Assembly (NCBI RefSeq): GCF_001194135.2
Contig: NC_068998.1
Span: 18,467,894 to 18,531,893, forward strand
Direction of reading: 5' to 3'
DNA length: 64,000 nt
Source: Octopus bimaculoides
Taxonomy: Eukaryota
Below, one piece after another: positions 12,268 to 25,385 of the stretch. Made by a program: the position numbers and the translations under genes. Each line of letters starts with the position of its first letter. Positions within the stretch are counted from its first letter, which is position 1. The notes beneath the pieces are model-generated. The model did not search any database. It had not been told where the DNA came from and worked only from the letters and a program-made list of their open reading frames with translations.

Positions 12268-13449
12268 CTGTAACATGGAAAGAAAACAAAACATAATCAA
12301 CATGAGTAAAGATAATCAAAGCACCATTCAAAATAGAAATAAGTCATGCTTTATATCAATATATAAACACTAACATTTCTGTTTGATTTCATTCATTAAG
12401 TTCAAAAGCTCATCTTTTTACAGTTTGATAAATATTATCTTTATACTCCTCAGCCAAGAAGGAAGGGTAGTGGCCATGAGACATTTTTTTTTTTCGGGTT
12501 CTCCAAAAATAGTAGTAGGAAGGGAGCAAGTTATCAGCAAACCAGGGACATGTCCTCTATGCTAGCAACAGAGTGAGCTCTGCTAAAGGTATTCGAAGAC
12601 CAAGGTAAAATATTGGTTTCAAATTTTGGTATGAGGCCAGCAAGTTTAGGGGTGAGGGTAAGTCAAATTACATCAATGCCATTGCTCAACTGATACTTAT
12701 TTTATCGACTCCTAAAGGATGAAAGACAAAGTCAACCTTGGCGGAATTTGAACTCAGAATGTAAAGACAGATGAAATGCCACTTTTCATTTTGTCTGATG
12801 TGCTAATGTTTCTGCCAGCTCACTGTCTTAACACCAGGTAAGATATTAAATCTGCCATCCAACAGCTCAAAGCACAAGGAGTCAGGACAGATACAACAAG
12901 CTAACTAATCCAATCTCCAGCAATTCTGCTAATCCACCACCTTAGCCTGATATCTTATTTTATCCGTCTTGAAAAGATGAAAAGCAAAACTGCCCTTGGC
13001 AGGATTTCAACTCAAAGCACTGAAAGCTAAAACAAACACTGCTGGGCATTTTGTCGTACACTCCAAAGATTCTACCAATGCACCAAGTTATATACTTTAT
13101 ATTCAAAGAATATTGGAATGTCATTTGTTTTAACAATGGCACAGATTTATGTGTATATATGTGTTAGTATATATAACTGTTAATGTATGAATATTTATTA
13201 ATATGATAGTGTGTGTGGAAGTCATCAAAATGGACATGTGTAAATCAGTAACAGATTTTAAAGAAATTTTAGTTGCATCCACCAATAAATTTTAGTTGCA
13301 TCCACAAATAAAAGAAAAAAGTTAACATCTTCCACTTACAATGTCTTTTTCATACTTTGGTTAAAAAAAAAAAAGGTCTATTGAGAATTTACAGGCATTA
13401 CTACAAGAAATATAACTCTAGCGGTTCTAGTGACCTAATCTTCGTACTG

Positions 13450-13649
13450 CAGAATCATTAGCATGCCAGGCAAAGTTCTTAGTGGTATTTCTTTCAGCTT
13501 TACATTCTGAGTTAAAATTTTGTCAAGGCTAACTTTACCTTTCATCCTTTCAGGATTGATAGAATAAGTACCAGTTGAAGCACAAGGTTTGATGTAATAC
13601 TTTCAGGCCTTGTCTTTATAACAGAAATAATTATTATTAATCATCATCA

Positions 13650-13681
<32 letters not shown>

Positions 13682-14157
13682 GTCATTATTATTATTATTA
13701 AGGCAGCGAGTTGGCAGAAATGTTAGCATGCCAGACAAATGCTGAGCAGCATTTCATTTGTCTTTACATTCTGAGTTCAAATTCTGTCGAGGTTGACCTT
13801 GCCTTTCATCCTTTTGGGGTCAATTATGTCTTGCAAACAACTCGCACATGCAAGTGCTACCAGTCGAGAACTCCGCATACCGGAAGCCAGCAAGTGTATG
13901 GGGTCATCAGGAGAGAATGCGCGCTGTTTCGGGGCCTACATCTCGACGGCATCAATGCGCACCGGCCCCACTTGCTAGATCAACTGGTTATCAAAAACCA
14001 AGCTCAATATTTCTCTAGCCATCGCTCATCGTCTCTTTTTAACCAAAGCGATGGCTAGAATAAATACCAGTCAAGTACAGGGTCGATGTAATCATCTAGC
14101 CCTTCAGCCAAAATTTCAAGTCCTTCCTGTTCCAATAGTAGAAAGGATTATTATCAT

Positions 14158-14198
<41 letters not shown>

Positions 14199-14200
14199 TT
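13450..14200 (+). mobile_element. Two head-to-tail SINE family B copies with (ATT)n/(ACT)n tails; the second is interrupted by a GC-rich insert
   Basis: A-box-like TGGCAGAA and B-box-like GAGTTCAAATTC head, plus the GACTTTGCCTTTCATCCTTT core. (ATT)n lies at about 13630-13700. Confidence 0.8.
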
Positions 14201-15064
14201 AAGGATAATTTTGATATCTAAAATAAAGAAGAGTATTTATTTCCCCCAAGAAATATGACACATTTCAAATTAGTATCGTAATTAGGTTTCATATCTTCCT
14301 GCTAGTGAACTAAACATACAAAAGCAAAGAGTCAGATTAAGAATTTTCAAAATGAAAGTTACTGTTTCCAATGAAACATCTGAGAGTTGACACATTTGAC
14401 TGGTTTCATATACAAAAGCTTTTAATATCAATAATATATATTATTTACCTAATGGCAGCGGTAGAAGATATATTTGTGATGATCAGCCGAGTGAGAAGTT
14501 TCAATTTCAAAACAGTTTTGTGGAGTAGTTATGATAAGTTTTTTATTCAAACAAATCAAAAGCAATAAAGCAAACATTTGAGAGAAAACCACAGAAGACC
14601 ACATGCTGAATGTAGCCTATCTTTTTTCCCCTTACTAATAACAACTTACTGGAACTTATATTGATAACAGAAGCATCAAGTCAATCTCTGAAACCACAAG
14701 CCATCAAACAACTTGTCAATAATTCAACGTAGTAATACCCAAAAACTATTCTACCTTTTGATGTCAATTTATCACAATCATATGAAAAAAAATTCAGACA
14801 GTTTTTCCCATTGATGCAGGAAGATTTTGTCAAAATAAGCTGATGTTTTGTTTTTGTTTTTAATTTTCAGAAACATTATTAAAAGAAAATGTAGAGAATA
14901 ACAAATGCTTTTGTTAACTTTGTTATGGTTTTAAGTTTGCTACAGAAATACAAACTTTTCTAAAATACACTTGAATTTGTTATAAAATATTAAATAACAA
15001 GAAACATTGATACATTTTTTTTTCCACATTTTATTCAGTTTACTATTTCTGACTAAAAAGGGTA

Positions 15065-15392
15065 ACGATTCCCTTTGGTCATGAATGACCATGGGATTGC
15101 ACCTAGAAAGTTACCCTCTAAGGTACAAGTCTGGGCAAGGTTGTTTATGGAAGACCAGCATACCAGCCTCCTCTCTCCATGCCACCGCTGTTATCCAAGG
15201 GAAAGACAAAGGCTGATATAGCTTGGCACCAGTGATGTCACAGCTCATTTCTGCAGATGAGTGAACTGGAGCAACATGAAATAAATAAAGTGTCTTGCTC
15301 AAGAGCACAAAACACAGCCCGGTCCAGGAATCAAACTCACTACCTCATAATTGTGAGCCCAATGCTCTAACCACTGAGCCATGCACCTTCTG
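15065..15392 (-). mobile_element. tRNA-headed SINE family D
   Basis: Reverse head GAAGGTGCATGGCTCAGTGGTTAGAGCATTGGGCTCACAA..GAGTTTGATTCC. The tail GATTCCCTTTGGTCATGAATGACC is shared with 30650 and 60605. Confidence 0.75.
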
Positions 15393-15432
15393 ACTACACA
15401 TATTTAAAAGTATTCCTTATGTCCTTAACAGT

Positions 15433-15660
15433 TTAACTGTTTAGTATCTAAACCAGCCATATCAGGCCCAAATATTCTACCTGTTTAATATTCAAACTGG
15501 TGAAACCCAGTCTCTCACACCTACTCTACAATGCCACTCTAAACATAAACAGACATACCATCTAAATCTCAAAGCTACACGATAATGCAAGATTAATTCA
15601 AAATTATGTGAATAATAAGCATTGCATTTGACAGAATAATCTGGATGCTTAAAGGGTTAA
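15433..15660. mobile_element. 220-bp TTAA MITE
   Basis: TTAA at 15433 and 15657. The internal sequence is the reverse complement of the 3618 copy. Confidence 0.7.
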
Positions 15661-15829
15661 CAACAATTACAGCAAAATATTGCTACTTAAAGTTATATAT
15701 GGCAGCCAATGTGTAAGAACATTAAATGGTACTCTACACAGAGAAAATCCTGCAAATTCTGTTGTGAATTATCATTTTCATCTCATCATCTGGTTGAACT
15801 TGCTTACTCTTTATTTACTCTTTTACTTG

Positions 15830-16205
15830 TTTCAGTCATTTGACTGCAGCCATGCTGGAGCACCGCCTTTAGTCGAGCAAATCGACCCCAGGACTTATTC
15901 TTTGGAAGCCTAGTACTTATTCTATCGGTCTCTTTTGCCGAACTGCTAAGTTACGGGGACGTAAACACACCAGCATCGGTTGTCAAGCGATGGTGGGGGG
16001 ACAAACACAAACACGCAAACACACATACATATATATATATATATACATATATACGACGGGCTTCTTTCAGTTTTCGTCTACCAAATCCACTCACAAGGCT
16101 TTGGTCGGCCCGAGGCTATAGTAGAAGACACTTGCCCAAGGTGCCACGCAGTGAGAATGAACCCAGAACCATGTGGTTGGTAAGCAAGCTACTTACCACA
16201 CATGC
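15830..16205 (-). mobile_element. SINE family A copy (little CpG decay)
   Basis: Nearly full length and retains CpGs (GTCGAGCAAATCGACCCC, GGTCGGCCCGAGG). Confidence 0.85.
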
Positions 16206-17929
16206 CATCCATCTTGGTCCTACACTAGCAGAGGAAAGTCTTCAGGGTGACATTCAGTATCTCTGTGAGATTACCTACAAATATTGTGTTCAGAAGACCT
16301 GCTCTAGTATGGCTATGCTTTGACATCCATAGCAGTAGGTCACTTGCCAGCGCTTGTTTAGCCTGCCAGCAATGTCTCGCAAAGTGCAAGCACCTTTCCC
16401 TTCTATTTTGAGTTATATTAATACTGTTATGTTTTTGGAAATGGACTCATCCAAGACATATTTGACCCTTTAGCATTTAAATTGGTCATATCCAGCCCAA
16501 ATACTCTACCTTTTTAGATTCGTACTGACCAGATCTGGTCTCTCACATCTACCCTTATGCCATTCCTAAAATAAACTATCAAGTCATCAAAATCTCCAAG
16601 TTATGAGATTATTTCTGAACAATGCGAATGAATAGGTGGGTTAAAACAAAAACATATATATTCCTTTTCTAGTTCCAAAAGTATAATCAACCAACACTTC
16701 CTTCCACAGAGAAAAAAAGAGATGATGTGAAGCAAACTTTGTTACATTTTATTTTATATTTCTACATTTTTTCATTTTTTTATATTTAAACCCATTACTC
16801 TTTTACTTGTTTCAGTCATTTGACTGTGGCCATGCTGGAGCACCACCTTTAGTCAAGCAAATCGACCCCAGGACTTATTCTTTGTAAGCCTAGTACTTAT
16901 TCTATGGGTCTCTTTTTGCAGAACCGCTACCACACAGCCATACCTGCACCTATAGTTACTTACTACACAGCCACTCCTGTGCCATTGTTAGATTTTTACC
17001 AAAAATGTTTAAGACTGAAGGATTTTCTTTCTTTCTTGTCCATATTTTTATATGGAAAAGTTTCAACTGGAGAAATGCAAAAGATCTTTATNNNNNNNNN
17101 NNNNNNNNNNNNNNNNNNNNNNNNNNNNNNNNNNNNNNNNNNNNNNNNNNNNNNNNNNNNNNNNNNNNNNNNNNNNNNNNNNNNNNNNNNNNNNNNNNNN
17201 NNNNNNNNNNNNNNNNNNNNNNNNNNNNNNNNNNNNNNNNNNNNNNNNNNNNNNNNNNNNNNNNNNNNNNNNNNNNNNNNNNNNNNNNNNNNNNNNNNNN
17301 NNNNNNNNNNNNNNNNNNNNNNNNNNNNNNNNNNNNNNNNNNNNNNNNNNNNNNNNNNNNNNNNNNNNNNNNNNNNNNNNNNNNNNNNNNNNNNNNNNNN
17401 NNNNNNNNNNNNNNNNNNNNNNNNNNNNNNNNNNNNNNNNNNNNNNNNNNNNNNNNNNNNNNNNNNNNNNNNNNNNNNNNNNNNNNNNNNNNNNNNNNNN
17501 NNNNNNNNNNNNNNNNNNNNNNNNNNNNNNNNNNNNNNNNNNNNNNNNNNNNNNNNNNNNNNNNNNNNNNNNNNNNNNNNNNNNNNNNNNNNNNNNNNNN
17601 NNNNNNNNNNNNNNNNNNNNNNNNNNNNNNNNNNNNNNNNNNNNNNNNNNNNNNNNNNNNNNNNNNNNNNNNNNNNNNNNNNNNNNNNNNNNNNNNNNNN
17701 NNNNNNNNNNNNNNNNNNNNNNNNNNNNNNNNNNNNNNNNNNNNNNNNNNNNNNNNNNNNNNNNNNNNNNNNNNNNNNNNNNNNNNNNNNNNNNNNNNNN
17801 NNNNNNNNNNNNNNNCATGGGTTGGACGATTTGACTGAGGACTGGGGAAACCGGATGGCAACACCAGGCTCCAATCTAAATTTGGCAGAGTTTCTACAGC
17901 TGGATGCCCTTCCTAACGCCAACCACTCA

Positions 17930-18402
17930 ATAATAATCCTTTCTGCTAAAGGCACAAGGCCTGAAATTTGGGGGGAAAGGCTAGTCGATTACATTGACCC
18001 CAGTACATAACTGGTACTTATTTCATTGCCCCCCCCCCCCAAACGGATGAAAGGCAAAGTCAATCTTGGCAGAATCTGAACACAGATTGTAAAGACAGAT
18101 GAAATGCTGCTAAGCATCTCTCCAGGCATGCTAATAATACAGCCAGCTCACCACATTCATGATAATAATAATAATAATAATAATAATGGTTTCAAATTTT
18201 GCCACAAGGGCAGCTATTTTGGGGGAGAGGATAAGTCGATTACACTGACCCCAGTGTGTCACTGGTACTTACTTAATTTATCAACCCTGAAAGGATGAAA
18301 GGCAAAGTCGACTTTGGCAGAATTTGAACTCAGAACATAGGGATGGATGAAATGCCACTAAGCAGTTACCTGGTGTGCTAACAATTCTGCCAGCTCGCCA
18401 CC

Positions 18403-18456
<54 letters not shown>

Positions 18457-18660
18457 GTTTAAAATTTTAGCACAACACTAGAAATTTTAGGGGAAGGGTA
18501 TGGGCAATTATACTTAATTAGTTCTTATTTTGGGGGCTCTGAAAGGATGAAAGGTAAAGCTGGCTTCAGGGATTTTGAACTCAGAACATAAAGACAAACG
18601 AAATACTGCTAAGCATTTTGTCTGGCATGCTAATGATTCTGCCAGCTGGCTGTCTTAATG
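17930..18660 (-). mobile_element. Three co-oriented SINE family B copies separated by (AAT)n
   Basis: Heads end near 18150, 18395 and 18657. (AAT)n spacers lie at about 18160-18187 and 18404-18453. Confidence 0.8.
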
Positions 18661-18794
18661 GCATGGTGGTAATCGTAACAGCAATAATGGGGCGGTGAAA
18701 ATAATGGTGATGATAATAATGGTAGAGATAATAATAACTATTTCTACATTAGCCACACAAGACTCACTTATAATAATATTAATGTAGCACAAAA

Positions 18795-20690
18795 ATGTCT
18801 TATGAAACAAAAAGGAAAATTAAACCAGTACACCAAATTACTCTTCCTATGGTGTGTCCTTCAGAGGACAGCCAGCCTGGAGTTGAAAAGTCATCCTCTG
18901 GCACAAACTCTTCTCTGAATACAAACCTAGATGGTCACCTGAATGGGAACAGCCCCAACTCAAGCCCTCCAAGTCCACCACCACAGCCACAACAGAAAGG
19001 AAAACGTAAGAGGATCAAATGGACCCAGAAAAAGTATAAAGAAAAAATATATGCATATTACTATACAATTAGGTAGGCCATCTCAAGAGACATACACTGC
19101 AAACTCTTACAATATACGGAGAACACAAAATCAAGACAGCACAAACTATATGAATGAAAACAAGTTAGCAAACGTCAGGAGGGATAGCTTTAGAAATAAT
19201 AGACTCATGGATAGTGAAATAATCACAATCAAACATGCAGTGGAAAATGACCTAAATATAAGACAGAAGAAAATGAAGAATCAGATGAAGAGAGTAGCTC
19301 ATCGTGAGGCTTAATTGAAAGACTGTCATCTGACCAAATCACACAAAGATCTGAAGAAATAAGAAATTCTAATGAACCTTGTAAAGATAGCCAGAAAAGT
19401 GGTAAGGAAACAGTATTTGAAGACCACACATTTGCTGGAGAACACAGAGAGTCTATGATGGAAAATAAGTAGAAAATTCTGAATAAGCTTGCAGTTGTAA
19501 GACATGCAAGTATGAATGATTGAGAATCACTTCATAAACTCACAAATACAAACCAAAATAAAAAACAAATTAAAATTGGCAACTATGTAACAAAAGAAAT
19601 CATACAAGAATTAAAACCTGATCTTACTGAGTTAAATGAGATTATTTACACATCTGCTAAGGCAATTGAAACCAATTGCATGCCTCTGAAAAAACAGAAA
19701 AAACTAAAGCTGGGAAGAAATCCAAACTAGAGAAGTAAAATTGAAAAAGTGATTGAATTAATAAGAGAGAAAATATCAATATTAAATTAACTAAACTGGG
19801 GTAATTATGTAAGATCCAAAAAAGGAAGAAAGATGAAGAGAAATTATGAATTCTCGCCAAGAGAAGAACAGATATCAAAAAAAAAAAAAAACACTGAAAT
19901 AAAGAGTCCAAGAAAAAGCTCAAAGGATTTGAAGAATTGAGAAAAGAATTTTTACAAGCAAAATAAGCTGTTCACATCCAATACCAAAATATTCTACAGA
20001 GAAATAGGGAAGGAGAAAATAATTATTGAAGACCTTCCTCCTATGGAAGAAGTTGAAAACTTTTGGAACAAGATTTGGCATGATGAGAAAACATACAATG
20101 AAAATGCAGATTGGATTAGACACACCGAAGGATCCTACCAAAACTTGCAAATACAAACATGGGAAGACATCAGAATAGCATACCAAAGGATGATACACAT
20201 GAAGGCTCATAAGTGGAAACCCCCGGTAGAGATAGAGTGCCAAATTTCTGGCTACATCACTCTAGTGTGCACATGAAAAGTTGGTTCAGCTGTTCAATGA
20301 AATTATGAGAGGCTCATAACAGACCTAATTGCAAAACTGGTAGCAATAGGGTAGTCCTTGAAATAAAACAATGGCAGCTCAGACAGCTTGGCCACATACT
20401 TTGAATGGACTGAGGCAGGGTAACAAAAAATAGCAATAAGATGAACAGTATCTAGAAAGTAAAATCCTGGACAGCCAAAGCACACTTGGTATGAAACAAC
20501 TGAAGGAAAGCTGAAAGAAATAGAGAGAGATGGGTCTTAAACTGGGCAAGGAACAGAGAATTGCTAAATAACAGTCTGAAGGGCACTGAATCACTGAAGC
20601 CTTATTTCCCAACTGAGAAGAGAATTAAATGAAAAAAAAAATAGTAATACTCCAAGATGCAAATGGAATTATAAATGGAGAAACTGTACA
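18795..20690 (+). mobile_element. Degenerate, internally deleted R4/Dong-clade non-LTR retrotransposon
   Basis: Fragmented frames read KRIKWTQKKYKEKIYAYYY, ENKLANVRRD, QNKLFTSNTKIFYREIGKEKIII..PPMEEVENFWNKIW..YNENADWI and HKWK.PG-like. These resemble the R4/Dong ORF region upstream of RT; most of the RT core is missing. Confidence 0.75.
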
Positions 20691-21399
20691 AACCCCACTA
20701 CCCCACAAAAAATTTGTGGCCTAGAATCTACATAAGGAATCTCAGTAAAATAGAAAAGATTTTAAAATATCTCATAATCACAAACATTTCATGTTTTACT
20801 ACCTTTGCTTGTCAGCTCTAGAATGTAATGTAATATATATGTACTGTATACAGATAATATTCACGAGTTAACAATTACTAGATTTAACATTGAAATCTAT
20901 TGCAAGATATATGTGTCCATATAAATAACATCTATGATTTAAATGTCTTTTAATTGTGCACACACATATTCAGAGAGAATAGGTCTACAAAAGGAATAAA
21001 TAAATAAACAGAGAGTCTAAATTAGCTCTGAATATTCAAATGCTTTCAATAACAAACAATCCAATAATAATCCCAACATATATTGTAAATGCATAAGATG
21101 GATGTTATTGATTAAAACTGAATTTCAATGCAGTGTTATCAGAAAGATCAATAATTCTGTATTCCTTAAATGCAATTAAATTGTTGATATGTTTTAAATT
21201 GGCAATAAATGCTTTTAACTAAAACTATTAATAGACAGAGGGAAACGAGAATATTCTCTTTTATTGCCCTTTTATTCCAGATATGTTGTTTCAGTTTTCC
21301 AATGTCTGACATGGGTTAGAATGAAGCTTAAAGTGGAGGTATTTTATGCTTTTTATTCTTTTAATGCTATAATCACCAAATATATCAATATTTCCCCAA

Positions 21400-21540
21400 C
21401 TTTGTTGTTGTTATTATTGGTACTGCTGTCATTGTTGTTATTGTCGATACTATTGTTGTTATTACTGTTGTTGTTGTCACTACTGCAGTTGTTGTTATTG
21501 TCGTAACTGTTATTACTGCTGTTTTTGTTGTTACTATTCC
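21400..21540 (+). repeat. Degenerate (TTG/TTA/CTG)n trinucleotide repeat
   Basis: Visible triplet periodicity; it explains the poly-Leu ORF 21264-21506. Confidence 0.85.
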
Positions 21541-22824
21541 AGCAAGCCGAGATTTTTGATTCTCATTTGAAAGCCATTTGATTCCTTGATATGACTAAAG
21601 GCAACGGTAAAAGAGAAATAATGCCACCTCTTCTGATTTTACCCTTTATCCCGAAAATTACAGGCTCCTTGTTACTTGTTGATCTTTAATGATTAAACTT
21701 TGTTTCTCTCATTAATACTGCTTCAAATCAACATAGTTACAGGATTAAACCTGTGCAGACAGCCTAGCAGAAAATCTCACTTCCATTGGCTCATAATGTG
21801 CCTGCCAGCCCAATAGAAGGTAAGAATATATCCCTCACTTCAACAGATAAAAAAGGACCTTTGTGGTTACTTAGATATGGCATACTTGCGACCCTTAATC
21901 TTTAATTTATAATCTTATTGAAGAGCCAAAGTGGAACCCTCTATACAGTCATTCAACCTGCTAGAAATGGCAGTTATATCTCCCTTAAATCACACCTTAT
22001 TGCTTTTTAAAAAAAGGAAGGATACACTGGTTAATGTGCCCCTCCATACCCCAAAGAGGTATGATCGTGGCTTGAAAGTTTTTCAACACTGGGCTAAACG
22101 ACAACCTTATAGGATGTTGTTTTATTATCCTTGCCCAAACACTTTTCCCTTCAGCATGATTGACTCTCAGCTAACTTTGCCTTCAGAATCATTACAGTAC
22201 TTTAGCCACAGCACAATAATGCAGGGTATGACACAAACTAGCTAGAATATTGCAGCAGCCAATCATTTTGATCCTAAATGAAGGGATATGGAACAATCTA
22301 TATCTGGTGAGGGATACATCAATTGAATCTCTAATGTAAATTTAGAGATGTGAGAGACACCATACAAAACTAATTTACTGTCCACAATTAATTTAACTTA
22401 ATAGAGAAACATACACAGATTATATTTGCAGCAAAAAAAAAAAACATTTTTATATAATAGTTTTAAATAATTTACAAAATCTGATGACTGCATCATGCCC
22501 CAGTATCTGCTTTGGCATGGTTTCTATAGTTGCATGCCATCCCAAATGCCGACCACTTTACAGCCCTGTATGGAGTACCTTTTTGTGCTACCAGAACTAG
22601 TGAGGCTGCCATGCAGTTTGCAAGACTACAACCCATGAGGAAGCAATTTTATGCCAGAATATGAAGAGTAAAAGAGGAGTAGAAGTATGAGAGGAGACAG
22701 AGCAGAACAGCTTTCTTGCTGTAAAAAATTTACATGATTATTCATATTTAAGGAGAGAGTGGGAGGGTGACTGGGTGGATCTGAAAAAAACATTTATATC
22801 AACATTTATCATCTTTTTTTTATT

Positions 22825-22996
22825 CACAAATGCAGGCATGACTGTAAGAAGCTTGCTTCCCAACTATCTGGTTTTGGGTTCAGTCCCAATCATGGTACCT
22901 TGAGCAAATGTCTTCCACTATAGCCCTGGGCCAACCAAAACTTTATGAGTGGATTTGATAGACAGAACCCCATCTTATGTACATGTGTGTGTGTGT

Positions 22997-23038
<42 letters not shown>

Positions 23039-23260
23039 GTGAATGTATGTGTGAGTGTCTTTGTTCGTCTCCCACCACTACTTGACAACTGGTGTTGGTG
23101 TGTTTATGTCCCCGTAACATAGCAGTTCAGCAAAGAGACTGATTGAATAAGTAACAGGCTTTAAAAAAGAGCAAGTACTGAGGTTGATTTTATTTCTACT
23201 AAATTCTTCAAGGCAGTGCCCCAGCATGGTCACAGACTAATGACTGAAACAAGTAAAAGA
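22825..23260 (+). mobile_element. SINE family A copy
   Basis: Head GCAGGCATGACTGTAAGAAGCTTGCTTCC..GGGTTCAGTCCC, internal (TG)/(TA)n, and typical tail. Confidence 0.8.
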
Positions 23261-23484
23261 TGCACAGTAATTTCCTTTAGTTTGGCTGCACTATCTAGAT
23301 GCTACACTATGTTGCTGCTGCACTATCTTGCTGCTGCACTATCATCTGCAGTTGCACTTTCCTCTACAACCATAACATTATAAATTTCTGATAGATTTTT
23401 CTTAATGTTTTATTTTACTTCTTTAACCTGTCAAATCATTAAAAAAACATGTTCCGTTAGTTTTGCCTTCACACACACACACAT

Positions 23485-23910
23485 ACACTCTTTTACTTGT
23501 TTCAGCCATTAGACTGTGGCCATGCTAGGGCATCACCTTGAAGAATTATTTTTGTCGAATGAATTTACTTAATGTTTTTTTTTTCTTGTTTTGCTAAGCC
23601 TGGTACTTATTCTATCAGTCTCTTTTTGCCAAACCACTAAGTTATAGGGACATATACACACCAACACTGGTTGTCGTGGACAAACACAACACGCATACAC
23701 ACACACACATGAACACAAGCGTGCACGCATACACACACAAACACACACGTATACAACGGGCTTCTTTCAGTTTCCGTCTACCAAATCCACTCACAAGGCC
23801 TGAAGCTGTAGTAGAAGACTCTTGCCCAAAGTACCATGCAGTGGAATGTACTTCAGTCATGGGACTGTATGTACTTCAGTCTTGTATGTACTTCAGTCAT
23901 GCTGGAGCAT
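23485..23910 (-). mobile_element. SINE family A copy
   Basis: Reverse tail TACTCTTTTACTTGTTTCAG, internal CA repeats and TTTCCGTCTACCAAATCCACTCACAAGG. Confidence 0.75.
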
Positions 23911-24544
23911 CAACTTAAACAACTCAACCATGGTACTAGTCAAGGCATATCATGGTTCTGTTAGTATAAAAAGTTGTTTCTCTTGTGCTTTGATGTTCAT
24001 AAAAGTATTTGAGTAAAGTTTGCATGTTTAGATGTTTCTCTCTGGGTGTGCATTGTTCTATAGGTAATTTGATTAGTATATAGAGATTTTAACCTTCCTG
24101 TTGTGTGGAGATAGAGTTTGTTTGGTGTTTGTTTATAAAATTTCTTCAAATTCTATTCTAGATACATGCTAATGTGAGGTTGACATAGGTGTGTACAGAT
24201 TCATGTATAAAAATGGGAACAAAAATATAATTTAATTAAAGAAAACAAAATTAGAGTTCTGTACGTCTTTGAAATTGGTGTCACTCCTGAAAGAGTCTCA
24301 AAGCTTCTCAAATGCACCGTGTATGTGTGTGCGTACACACACACACACACACAATGGGCTTCTTTGCGTTTTCATCTACCAAATCCACTCACAAAGATTT
24401 GGTTAATTCAGGGCCAACATTCACCCAAGGTGCCATGCAATAGAACTGAACCTGAAATCAGGTGGTTAGGAAGCAAACTTCTTAACCACACAGCTATACC
24501 AGCACCTATAAAATTTAAAAATTGGAGGTAACATGAAAACGTAC

Positions 24545-24714
24545 CTTTGAAATGTAGTTTATACTTGATTCTTTGAAAGCAATTCCTTGCAACCTAAGGC
24601 AAGCCAAAGCTGGAGTAACACTAAGACACTGTTGGAGTGCTTTACATAATTCATCTTTAATTTCTTTGCTTGCAATGGCTGGTTTATGTCTTTTGGTGCC
24701 AGTTTTATCTTTCT
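24545..24714 (-). CDS. CEP78: CEP78 coding exon 3
   Basis: ttttttttttcag|AG...AAG|gtacgt; 170 nt, phase 1 to 0. Encodes KDKTGTKRHKPAIASKEIKDELCKALQQCLSVTPALACLRLQGIAFKESSINYISK (cf. human [21 protein letters not shown]). It joins exon 2 in frame. Confidence 0.92.
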
Positions 24715-25093
24715 CTGAAAAAAAAAAATTAATGAAGAATCAGTTTTTTTTTGTTTTGTTTTTTACCTGCTGATCACAAATATATAATTACTTATTGAAA
24801 CATATTTTAAATATATAAAATTAGAGGTGTGTTGTTGTTACATAGTACCACAGACTTAATATTCAAACTTTGCTAGGGACAACTGAATGAAGGAGTCACT
24901 ATAAAGTCCCTTAAATGATTGGGAATAACAACCAAATCTCTCTTGAATCACACACTTTTTGAAAAGCTTAGCTGTCACTTGTAAATATGAGCTAGTAACT
25001 TGTATCATGCTTGTACAGGCTTTCCACCTTTGACCCAATGGAACATTGAGTGTGTGATAAGAGAGAGAGAGACAGGCAGGTAGACAGACAGAA

Positions 25094-25385
25094 TTGGCCA
25101 TGCGGAAAAGGAAATTAAAAATTATGTGTAATGTCATTCAGGAGTTGACAGTGACTGTACAAGACATAGAAAGTAAATCAGTGACGGACAAATACATCAT
25201 AAAAATGAAGGAAACCTTAAAAAATAAACAAAGGAGAAATGTGAATGCAAACCATTTTTCACTCTGCAACGATGTATTAATGTACGCACAAAGAGTGGTG
25301 GTACCAACCACACCACAGAAACGGATATTACATGAATTTCGTAGTGGACACCTGGGGATCTTAAGAATGAAAGCAGGAAGTTGTA
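25094..25385 (+). mobile_element. Ty3/Gypsy pol fragment (pre-integrase / H2C2 zinc-finger start)
   Basis: FSLCNDVLMYAQRVVVPTTPQKRILHEFRSGHLGILRMK matches the K02A2.6-like Gypsy RVVVP..L...IL..LH.GH.G...MK motif. Confidence 0.75.

Noticed and set aside
18400-18800. Idea that the Dong LINE is the direct mobiliser of SINE B
   Set aside because: SINE B carries (ATT)n in its sense orientation, whereas the Dong copy is flanked by AAT on its sense strand. No shared 3' sequence is visible, so the partner LINE remains unidentified.
23286-23345. Short triplicated motifs (GCTGCACTATC x3; also TGTACTTCAGTC x3 at 23848-23900 and duplications at 13264-13305 and 60110-60300)
   Set aside because: These are local slippage duplications with irregular or absent spacers; not CRISPR-like and no further pattern.
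23930-24200. Possible Penelope-type RT remnant (TYVNLTLAC on the minus strand)
   Set aside because: A single short motif surrounded by stops is too weak to call.
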